IMG/VR virus record: IMGVR_UViG_3300021399_000155
Coordinates: 4,722-68,721 of that record
Source of the DNA: a virus
Lineage: Duplodnaviria; Caudoviricetes
Strand: one strand, 5' to 3'
Length of the DNA: 64,000 bases
The position numbers and the translations under genes are program-made. Shown here one piece after another: positions 36,129-43,688 of this stretch; position 1 is the stretch's first letter; each line of letters opens with the position of its first letter. Below the pieces are notes generated by a model. It was not told the origin of the DNA, did no database searches, and saw only the letters and a program-made list of their open reading frames with translations.

Positions 36129-37374
36129 CTATATTTAACAAAGACTCAAGGTAGTCAGCATCTCCGTCATGATATTTAATGAGATACTCATTAGAAACTG
36201 CCTTAAATGACTTTGTAGCATCTTTGTTTCTGAATACTACGCCCTCTCTCATTCCGCCGTCGATTACACTAGGATCTCCGGCAGCATAATTGAGGACTTC
36301 TCTTACAGTGTCTGGTAAAGTAATATCCACACCGACAACTGGAACACAAGGGATATTGTATTTCTTAAGTTCTTCTGTCATCTCGATTGGATTAAAACGC
36401 TTACGTGTTCCATCCATGTAACCGTAGATCAGATTGAAAGCTCTAAAATCTATATCTGGAATGTATTTTCTTGACATGATCTTGTAACCGAACGTTTCAC
36501 CCTGAATAGTTACAAAGCTAAGTTCAGGATGTTTTTCAAGGATGTCTTTCAGAACATTTTCGGCGTTGTACTTAATCGCCATCTTCCAATATACATTCTC
36601 GTCATAATAACATTTTCTGTCCGGCGTCCTCATTACTACGTTCCGGGAACAGACACGGAAATCAAACTTCCGGCCACTTCGTTTCATCGTGAACGTGGTT
36701 GACGTTCCATCTATCTTTTCCGTTGCAATCCACTTAGTCGCTTTGTCAGTTAAAATCTGAGGACAATTTTGGATCCTCTCCTCGTCGGTTTTACTAACCC
36801 AATCAGGCCAACCCTTCTTCCGATCCTTCTTTCTACCAAAGAAAACAAAAAGGAGCTTTCTTCCCCACTCTCTCTTCATTAACCATCGAAAAGGCTGATG
36901 TTTTAACAGCTTTCCATTTCTACGAGCCATGAGATTATACTTGTCAGGCGACGCCGCTTTTCGCTTTCTGTCCACTACATTATAGTAGGTAATCCCAATG
37001 ACTTTTGTCATGTCGTCACCTTCACTATATTCTTCGCCGTTTGCCATGATAACTCGACTGCCATCAGGATATTCAACAACTTCATATCCAAAATCTTTGG
37101 GGGACATAAGAAGTCCCTGAGAGAGAACGGTTCCCTTGCAGAGCTTTTGTGTTTTTACTTTATAGCCATATTTTTCCATGAAAGCGAACGGTTCAGTCGC
37201 CGGGACTAATGAGTCAATCTCGATGTAGATCCCAAGATCGCCGGGCTTAAACTGTCCTTTTGATGTAACAGTTGTCCATCCAAGGACGTGAGTTAACTCA
37301 ATCCTGTCATATCCGGGAATTGATTCTATCTCACCGACTATTACTACATGTGCTAATTTTCTCTCCTCTTCCAC
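36079..37374 (-). CDS. RNA ligase, Rnl2/DRB0094 family
   Basis: N-terminal OB fold; TEKIDGTS (motif I); QGETFG; EGVVFR; FKAVSNEYL; AAGGAGG RBS before GTG. Confidence 0.9.
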   Translation of the reverse strand: MEEERKLAHVVIVGEIESIPGYDRIELTHVLGWTTVTSKGQFKPGDLGIYIEIDSLVPATEPFAFMEKYGYKVKTQKLCKGTVLSQGLLMSPKDFGYEVVEYPDGSRVIMANGEEYSEGDDMTKVIGITYYNVVDRKRKAASPDKYNLMARRNGKLLKHQPFRWLMKREWGRKLLFVFFGRKKDRKKGWPDWVSKTDEERIQNCPQILTDKATKWIATEKIDGTSTTFTMKRSGRKFDFRVCSRNVVMRTPDRKCYYDENVYWKMAIKYNAENVLKDILEKHPELSFVTIQGETFGYKIMSRKYIPDIDFRAFNLIYGYMDGTRKRFNPIEMTEELKKYNIPCVPVVGVDITLPDTVREVLNYAAGDPSVIDGGMREGVVFRNKDATKSFKAVSNEYLIKYHDGDADYLESLLNIDDLSEEEAVDEEGIVE

Positions 37375-37511
37375 TTTAGTCCTCCTTTTTAACGGCAACT
37401 ATCATCTGATAAAGCTTTGCCAATTCCAGAACCTCGTCAATTCTATCCTTGTAGTTTTCATAGAGAACTTTAAATCGTTCTAGTTCTTCTGGTGTTACGT
37501 TATCATTCATC

Positions 37512-37847
37512 TCATTCGTATAGAGCTAAAAGCTCTTTCTGCCTTTCCGTTGCAAGCTTGATTGCTTCCTGTTCTGTTTTTGCTCGAACAAAGATCGTTC
37601 CCTCAAAAGAATAGTCTTCGTTACACCAATTTGGATCTTCTTGTCTAATCTCTCTGACTCGCAACCTGTCGAATTGCACGCAATATAACAACTTTTTGTC
37701 TTCGAATTCGGCCAGATCCTCTGTGTCAAATTCTTCTACATATCCCTTGTAGTACTTTGCAAGGATGTTAGCCCTTTTCTTTTCTGTTCTAACTGCTACA
37801 ACTTCACGATCCGAATATTCTCCACGTTCTACAACATATACTTTCAT
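37512..37847 (-). CDS. hypothetical protein (MKVYVVERGEYSD family)
   Basis: paralogous N-terminus to 9240..9623. Confidence 0.65.
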   Translation of the reverse strand: MKVYVVERGEYSDREVVAVRTEKKRANILAKYYKGYVEEFDTEDLAEFEDKKLLYCVQFDRLRVREIRQEDPNWCNEDYSFEGTIFVRAKTEQEAIKLATERQKELLALYE

Positions 37848-37862
37848 TTTTCTCCTTTATGA

Positions 37863-37935
37863 CGACCATGGGAGGAATCGAACCTACCGATTTCCGCCTT
37901 TCGTGGCGGCGCCTTAACCTCTTGGCTACATGGTC
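37863..37935 (-). tRNA. tRNA-like gene with an aberrant 6-nt anticodon loop (undetermined/pseudo)
   Basis: GACCATG/CATGGTC; GCC-AAGAGGTTAA-GGC; CCGCC-ACGAAA-GGCGG; GTAGG-TTCGATT-CCTCC. Confidence 0.65.
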
Positions 37936-38020
37936 TGTGCCCTCGTCGGGCAAGTTCTGCTAAGACATTGCGCAATGTTCGCAGTTTCTGTTGCTTGATC
38001 AGGACAACATACACTGCTAA

Positions 38021-38092
38021 CTGCCCCTGTTCGATTCGGACGAACGCATACAGGAGTCAAAGTCCTGGGCCTTACCGCTTGGCTAAGGGGCA
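38021..38092 (-). tRNA. tRNA-Gln(TTG)
   Basis: TGCCCCT/AGGGGCA + G73; CAGGA-CTTTGAC-TCCTG; variant T-loop TCCGAAT. Confidence 0.9.
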
Positions 38093-38094
38093 AT

Positions 38095-38245
38095 GGTGAG
38101 TTTAAGGTCGCTCAACCGCACATCCCGCATGTTTGGCCTGACGTTTCGCCTAGATCCTTTCATTACAGTTTGCGCATACCATAACTAATCAGTCCTATAT
38201 CTGCTACTTTGTCACTGGGCTTGCGGATATTTGCTCTCAGCCCCG
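38095..38245 (-). ncRNA. structured non-coding spacer in the tRNA island
   Basis: no ORF; hairpins, e.g. GGTTGAG..CTCACC ending in CCA. Confidence 0.35.
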
Positions 38246-38247
38246 CA

Positions 38248-38333
38248 TCGGAACGACAAGATTTGCACTTGTGCCTCTGGTGGTATGGGCGAACCATTGC
38301 CCCCAGTGTCTTAGTCTACTTGACCACATTCCG
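38248..38333 (-). tRNA. tRNA-Pro-like gene with a 30-nt expanded anticodon arm
   Basis: C1:G72 and A73 (CGGAATG/CGTTCCG-A); GTC/GAC D arm; ACAAG-TGCAAAT-CTTGT; arm CTGG-GGGC-AATGGTTC-GCCC-ATACCA-CCAG. Confidence 0.6.
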
Positions 38334-38334
38334 A

Positions 38335-38541
38335 TATGCACCATATCCCCAAAGGTGCGCCCTACTTCCGCATTGCCAGACCGCTGCGTTTTCAGATTTC
38401 TCACTCGACTGGCTTTCTGGATGCCAACAGGAGGAGGATTCGTCTTACCTCTCGCGTCATTTACACGAACGTCATGTAAATAGGTTGAGGCTTTCAGGAG
38501 ACTGCAAGCCTATCTGGTTTAACGTGGGAAGATACCACGGC
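38335..38541 (-). ncRNA. ~200-nt multi-hairpin non-coding RNA candidate
   Basis: GTGG/CCAC, AGGCTT/AAGCCT, ATTTACA/TGTAAAT, GAGG/CCTC and GCACC/GGTGC stems. Confidence 0.4.
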
Positions 38542-38542
38542 A

Positions 38543-38621
38543 TTGGAACGGCAGGAATCGAACCTGCATCGGGGCTTCCTCGGCCGCCATATTCCCTGCT
38601 CTACCATTGAGCTACGTTCTA
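38543..38621 (-). tRNA. tRNA-like gene with a 26-nt expanded anticodon arm
   Basis: TAGAACG/CGTTCCA; GCTC-AATGGTA-GAGC; GCAGG-TTCGATT-CCTGC; arm GGGAATATGGCGGCCGAGGAAGCCCC. Confidence 0.6.
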
Positions 38622-38725
38622 AGAAGTTCTGCCGTTATGTTTAACTCGGGACGGCTGAACGAGTTCGCCCGATCCTTTATTCCTTTTTGAGTGGTGATGA
38701 ATAAATGGTAAGAACGTCCACCACG

Positions 38726-38797
38726 AGCCGCCAAAGGGACTTGAACCCATAACCTACGCATTACAGGTGCGTTGCGCTGCCATTGCGCTATGACGGC
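38726..38797 (-). tRNA. tRNA-Thr(TGT), C33 variant
   Basis: GCCGTCA/TGGCGGC; ACGCA-CCTGTAA-TGCGT; ATGGG-TTCAAGT-CCCTT. Confidence 0.88.
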
Positions 38798-38800
38798 AAA

Positions 38801-38873
38801 TGCGAGAGAAGGGAGTCGAACCCCTCGCAACCACTTTATAAGAATGGCCCCATCCCCGCTTGGGTACTCTCGC
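38801..38873 (-). tRNA. tRNA-Ile(TAT)
   Basis: GCGAGAG/CTCTCGC-A; CCATT-CTTATAA-AGTGG; AGGGG-TTCGACT-CCCTT. Confidence 0.85.
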
Positions 38874-38886
38874 AAAAATAAGGTTA

Positions 38887-39321
38887 TTATTGTTCTGAAT
38901 TTATATTTAACACCCTTTCGATTGTACAATCGACATCCATACGTATATTCATGTTTTGATTGTTTTTGGCCTTATCGTGGCGAATTTTTATTGATGTATT
39001 CGGCGCTTCTTCAACCGGTATCATGTATGCCTCTTTAAAATGTATCGAATACAAAACAAAATAATCTATTTCATTTTTTGTATAATAACTTACCACATTT
39101 CTTTTCCTATTAATTCTTGTTTTTTTAATGTTAAATACTGTAACTTTATTATTGGTATCGGCGGATGTTTTGATTTGTACCTTATAAAGAGAACCATTAA
39201 CGTCTATAATAATGTCATAAGGTGAATTGTCTCCAAACGGAATAGATACTGTAATCCCACGTTTTTCGAATTCAAAGATTACTCCCGCTTCCCCAATTAT
39301 TCCTTGATCTTTTGTTCTCAT
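38887..39321 (-). CDS. PD-(D/E)XK endonuclease of the group-I-intron-associated (I-Ssp6803I-like) family, free-standing
   Basis: GIIGEAGVIFEF..G..VSIPFGDNSPYDIIID...KVQIKT. Confidence 0.8.
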   Translation of the reverse strand: MRTKDQGIIGEAGVIFEFEKRGITVSIPFGDNSPYDIIIDVNGSLYKVQIKTSADTNNKVTVFNIKKTRINRKRNVVSYYTKNEIDYFVLYSIHFKEAYMIPVEEAPNTSIKIRHDKAKNNQNMNIRMDVDCTIERVLNINSEQ

Positions 39322-39504
39322 ATTATTGCCTTGTTGTTGCTATGCTCGGTCAATTGTTCACAAACAGACGTAACCGAACTAGGTTATATCAGGCGAATGC
39401 CTCTCGGCATCCGCCATATATAAAAGAAAAGGAGAGAAACACATGAGCTTAACAACGCTCACATCTATATATTCTATTTCTGTTACAGATTATCTCTTCT
39501 GTGA

Positions 39505-39597
39505 CTAATCTAAGTATTCTTCGTCGCTGTAATCCTCATCATCATCGTCATCTACGTCTATGTCAGTTTTTGGTTCTTCGTCATAATAATCACTCAT
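39505..39597 (-). CDS. 30-aa hyper-acidic peptide MSDYYDEEPKTDIDVDDDDDEDYSDEEYLD
   Basis: hand translation; ATG overlaps the stop of the PurA-like gene; 17 of 30 residues are D/E. Confidence 0.45.
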   Translation of the reverse strand: MSDYYDEEPKTDIDVDDDDDEDYSDEEYLD

Positions 39598-40717
39598 TAT
39601 TTATAGCCATCACTTTCTCATTGCGAACTTCACTTGATGAAACGTACACATTCTTGAAACCATCAGCCCCAACAAGATAAGGACTAGCCGGAACTTCATT
39701 GGCGTGAGTTATAAACAAAGATTTCTTTCGATTTCCGGCGTCCATCTTAACCCTCTGCAATATGTCAAGGCCAAGCTTTCCGTATCTCATACTGCCTTGG
39801 TATTCATTAGGGACATTTGTTTTATCATCAAAAGTTCCAATATCTTTTTCCTCAAAATCCCCGGCTCCGTGTCTAGTCAGGTATGTTCTTGTCACATAGA
39901 TTGGTTCTGTTTGCATGCCAAGTATTTCTTCGATCTCTTTTACATACTTCAAACCAGTGTTCGATGGTGTAGTATGTACATTGTCTTTGTCTTCACTTAA
40001 AAGAAGCCCTTGTCCATTTTCTGTTATCACGCTGTCATACTTTTTGAGCATACGATAATCAGAAACGCAAGATAGCTCCCTCATTCTGTTAAACGCAATA
40101 ACATAGTCTTTGTAAAGATCGGGGGAAACGATGATGTCCATCCACTTATTGTAGATTTCATTCGTTATCTCGCCTGAACGATGATGCTTAATCAGATTGT
40201 CTACAAAGTTTTCTTTTCTCTTTGCGAGTTCCCAATTGATGTCTACAATTTCACCAAATCGTAAATATTCCGTACTCTGTCGATATCCATTGACCGTTTC
40301 CCAGATGCCCATACCACAACTTCCGTGCCGATTTTCCCCACGACTTTCTTCAAGCATCTTGTTCATAATGATCTCATACGGGGTCGTTACACGACAGTTT
40401 GCGCTTACGAAGATTTTCCCTATCTCTACATCGGAAAGCTCTTTTAATTCCGCACAAAATGACATCGGTTCAACAATAAAATGCGGGGAAAGATAAGTAT
40501 CGGCCCCGGCGAATGTGCCGGAACCGAAATGATGAAATACGTGTCTTCTACCATCTGGCAGAACAACGGTATGCCCTCTTTGTGCACCGCCGTTCATGCA
40601 TACGACAATTGTTTTATATCCATCATTGATGTCTTTTGCAGCGAAGTAATCTGTAACAAGACCTTTTCCTTCATCTCCATAATTTGCACCAATAACAGAT
40701 CTCAGCTTTTTTACCAT
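39590..40717 (-). CDS. divergent adenylosuccinate synthetase (PurA)-like protein
   Basis: GANYGDEGKG, NGGAQRGHT, ENGQGLLL, TTPSNTG, TRTYLTRHGAG. Confidence 0.85.
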   Translation of the reverse strand: MVKKLRSVIGANYGDEGKGLVTDYFAAKDINDGYKTIVVCMNGGAQRGHTVVLPDGRRHVFHHFGSGTFAGADTYLSPHFIVEPMSFCAELKELSDVEIGKIFVSANCRVTTPYEIIMNKMLEESRGENRHGSCGMGIWETVNGYRQSTEYLRFGEIVDINWELAKRKENFVDNLIKHHRSGEITNEIYNKWMDIIVSPDLYKDYVIAFNRMRELSCVSDYRMLKKYDSVITENGQGLLLSEDKDNVHTTPSNTGLKYVKEIEEILGMQTEPIYVTRTYLTRHGAGDFEEKDIGTFDDKTNVPNEYQGSMRYGKLGLDILQRVKMDAGNRKKSLFITHANEVPASPYLVGADGFKNVYVSSSEVRNEKVMAINNE

Positions 40718-41562
40718 GAAATTTCTCCACTATTGGCTGTTTCACTTCCACCGAAACTTCTCTTAACAATTTCGACAATCGTATCTGCAATAGCGTTTAT
40801 ATTGCTCTGGTAATAATGGTCTCCAATAATGCTCTCAAAGCTTTCCTTTTTCTCGTCCATATGATTATCCCATCGACCTCCATGTTTTACGTCTATGTGA
40901 TATATCTCATATTTCTCTTTGGCGACATCATATAGTTCTTTTGTTCCGACATCCACTTGTAATGGGTCTCCTACCTTACTAGCAAGAACACTAGCTGAAA
41001 GATATGGATTCAACATTTCGTCGCCAATCGTAATGATTACACCCTTCTGATCTCTCTGCCAGCAATCAAGCTTCGTATGATAGCATCCCATGTACCATGC
41101 CGCCGTGTAACTCTCGTAACTGTTTACTCCTCCGCCGAATTCAAACCACACCTTATCCAGATGTTCTGCAATTCTCACATCGGACTCAAATTGCGAAATC
41201 TGAATTGGAGCATGATCGTAAGCAAGATCGCCAATCCCCATAACACAGAATTCGATATCCGTGAATTCCTTATAAAGATCCGTCATGATAGTATTGAGCT
41301 TACTTGCTACTTCAACACCCGCTTGTCCCATAGAACCAGTCACATCAATTGCCACAATAACAGGCTTCGTGTTCGGATGCTCTTCTGTATCGAGACATTC
41401 CCTTATTACATTCTTAGGATCCATCGTCGGATCGAGGCTATACGACTTAAAAATCTGTGCATTATCAAGGCCATCAATCGTTCCAGAAGCAGATAGATTG
41501 ACTGCTTTCGATGAGACCGTGTAATCCGCAAAACTAGTAGTTGTCCAATACCCACCGCCCAT
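40711..41562 (-). CDS. vWA-domain protein
   Basis: MIDAS motif IDVTGSMG; ITIGDE. Confidence 0.8.
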   Translation of the reverse strand: MGGGYWTTTSFADYTVSSKAVNLSASGTIDGLDNAQIFKSYSLDPTMDPKNVIRECLDTEEHPNTKPVIVAIDVTGSMGQAGVEVASKLNTIMTDLYKEFTDIEFCVMGIGDLAYDHAPIQISQFESDVRIAEHLDKVWFEFGGGVNSYESYTAAWYMGCYHTKLDCWQRDQKGVIITIGDEMLNPYLSASVLASKVGDPLQVDVGTKELYDVAKEKYEIYHIDVKHGGRWDNHMDEKKESFESIIGDHYYQSNINAIADTIVEIVKRSFGGSETANSGEISW

Positions 41563-42155
41563 TACTCAGCTTCCTCCTTTTCTTCAACATCTTCCTCTTC
41601 GTCGAATACACCGCCGAAGATATCCCCGAAGAAGTTATTGTCGCCGCCATTCATCATCATAAGTGGAAGTAACGCATTCATTCCGCTATTTCCGCCGTTA
41701 CCCTTCATTAGTTCAGACATCATCATGTACTTCATAATTCCGTCAAATCCCTTTTTTCCACCAAAGACACTGTTCCCAAACATAGAAACGATCTTCCCAT
41801 AGAAATAGGTATTGCCCATAAAGACATGCCTTTCTGGAACGATTGTCTCAATGGTACTATCCTCATAATTCAGCACAGTAATCTGATTCTTTCCAACTTC
41901 CGTTACACACTTGGGTTTTCCGGCAGCAATGATGATGTCACCAACCGCAACTTTGTTGGTCGGAATGATGAAGAACAGATCCTCTCCAATGTCCATTGCG
42001 AGATTGCTACAATTAGTTAGCTTCCCAGTTTTTACGTTATAAGTCTTGTAACCATTGCTTGTCTTAATGGCAATTCCGCCATTCATAGAAATCCGACACA
42101 TTCCCTTTGCAATCTTGCCGAACATTCCGTTAAACATATTCGTCGTATCAAACAT
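41562..42155 (-). CDS. hypothetical protein of the vWA/PurA-like module
   Basis: coupled to vWA; Met/Gly-rich C-terminus with an acidic tail. Confidence 0.7.
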   Translation of the reverse strand: MFDTTNMFNGMFGKIAKGMCRISMNGGIAIKTSNGYKTYNVKTGKLTNCSNLAMDIGEDLFFIIPTNKVAVGDIIIAAGKPKCVTEVGKNQITVLNYEDSTIETIVPERHVFMGNTYFYGKIVSMFGNSVFGGKKGFDGIMKYMMMSELMKGNGGNSGMNALLPLMMMNGGDNNFFGDIFGGVFDEEEDVEEKEEAE

Positions 42156-42579
42156 TTGTTTCACCGTTCCTTTCTCGTTCTTCTTCTTCGATAAAATCAA
42201 TCAGTTCTTTTGTGGTGTAACGGTTAATGGTATCCATATGGATTGCGGTTAGAAGACCGCAAGCATAATATCCTTTGTCTGATGGGATATAATCATGATA
42301 CCTACCTTCCGGCGGCTCTTTCTGAAAACCAACATAAACTTCTAGCTCATTTGTGTCTTTGTTCATGATATATCCGTATTCGCAGAACAAAGAATCTAAA
42401 ATAAAGTCATCGTCTCTTTCTCTTGGGTTGCTAATGATCGGTTCGATCCAGTTAGTTTCGCATCCCTTTAGGTAATTTATAAAAGCTTCTCCTAATCCTT
42501 CCGGGTACGAATCATAATGATTGTAATAAAGTCTGTCTTTCCCGTTCTCATGGAACCCGAACGTTCCCCGTGTACTCAC
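42148..42579 (-). CDS. conserved phage protein (MSTR...HxDxYP family)
   Basis: STRGTFG...YNHYDSYPEGLG; GTG start with GGAGG RBS. Confidence 0.65.
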   Translation of the reverse strand: MSTRGTFGFHENGKDRLYYNHYDSYPEGLGEAFINYLKGCETNWIEPIISNPRERDDDFILDSLFCEYGYIMNKDTNELEVYVGFQKEPPEGRYHDYIPSDKGYYACGLLTAIHMDTINRYTTKELIDFIEEEERERNGETNV

Positions 42580-43223
42580 GCATTTGCCCTCCAATCTTCC
42601 CTCGGTTTATTAAGTTCCCCATTCTTTTCTTTCTCGATCCACTCGTCTAATGTGAGTGGAACATAGTCTGAAAACATACAAAAGCAGTTGATGATGTTTA
42701 CGGGAGGGGCAATCGGTTCATCACTCCCTCTCGTATATCTTTTGTAGTTTCTGATAAATTCCTTTGCTTGTTCTAAAACTGTAATGTCTTGTGTGTTATG
42801 AATATGTCCATGAAGCATATACACTTTAGGATTTCCGTCTTGATCCCGCCGGAATTGTCCGTTATAACACAGAATTGGATAATGACACAGGACGACCTTT
42901 CTTCCATTGTCATTCATCTCATGATATCCGCCAACAAACTTGAACAGCGACTGGTCAAAGCGACCGTCTTTGATATATCTGTCATGATTCCCAACAATTA
43001 AATACTTCTTCCCTTTTAACTGCTTTACCACTTCTGTTGTTTCTTCATAGTTACCGAAACTAAGATCGCCCAAAATAACTACTTCGTCATTCTTATGGAC
43101 TCGCTTGTTCCATTGATCAATCATATAATCGTTCATAGCTTCCACGCTAGGGAAGCCACGATTATCCATTCTCGTATTTACCCCGGCGTGGAAAAAGTGA
43201 TTATCTGCTATGTAATACCTCAT
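42576..43223 (-). CDS. calcineurin-like metallophosphoesterase
   Basis: IADNHFFH, LGD, GNHD, CHYP, HGHIH. Confidence 0.9.
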   Translation of the reverse strand: MRYYIADNHFFHAGVNTRMDNRGFPSVEAMNDYMIDQWNKRVHKNDEVVILGDLSFGNYEETTEVVKQLKGKKYLIVGNHDRYIKDGRFDQSLFKFVGGYHEMNDNGRKVVLCHYPILCYNGQFRRDQDGNPKVYMLHGHIHNTQDITVLEQAKEFIRNYKRYTRGSDEPIAPPVNIINCFCMFSDYVPLTLDEWIEKEKNGELNKPREDWRANA

Positions 43224-43507
43224 AGTCTTATCACCTGATTTTCGAACTTCTTATAGGCGTCAAGATACCATTCATCCTTATCTCCATTGTACGTGACCTC
43301 ATAGTACATCCCATCAGGAAGCGAGGTGGAAATCAGATATTTGCAGTTCTGTAACACCTTACACTTCCAAACAATGTAAACTTCGTAGAATGGAAGCTTA
43401 TCAGATTTATCAAGGTGTTCTTTTGCATACTGAGTTGCGATCATAATGGCTCTATCATCCATAACATCCACATACTGAGTTACGATCATAATATCTCTAT
43501 CATCCAT
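43220..43507 (-). CDS. DUF6275-like protein
   Basis: IVWKCKVLQNCKYLISTSLPDGMYYEVTYNGDK. Confidence 0.75.
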   Translation of the reverse strand: MDDRDIMIVTQYVDVMDDRAIMIATQYAKEHLDKSDKLPFYEVYIVWKCKVLQNCKYLISTSLPDGMYYEVTYNGDKDEWYLDAYKKFENQVIRL

Positions 43508-43688
43508 AACATTCTTCTCCTATACTATTTAACTTATCAATTATTTTCTCTTCATATTTCGGGTCTACCCATGTTGTATTTCTGATTGCATCAAGCAACA
43601 TTTGCTTTGCAATTTCTTGTGCGGGGCGTCCCGCCATCTCTGGATGCAATTTCAGATAACTTTTAATGTCGGCATCATAATTGCTCAT
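43500..43688 (-). CDS. hypothetical protein
   Basis: operon packing. Confidence 0.55.
   Translation of the reverse strand: MSNYDADIKSYLKLHPEMAGRPAQEIAKQMLLDAIRNTTWVDPKYEEKIIDKLNSIGEECYG

Noticed and set aside
38095-38244. tmRNA (minus strand starts GGGGCTG)
   Set aside because: No T arm plus complementary CAGCTCC/CCA 3' end at a suitable distance and no tag reading frame identified
39590-40717. PurZ / 2-aminoadenine (Z-genome) pathway
   Set aside because: The protein has GDEGKG (Asp, as in PurA) rather than the PurZ Ser (GSxGKG), and the polymerase is an ordinary DnaE; the HD protein and dUTPase give no specific support
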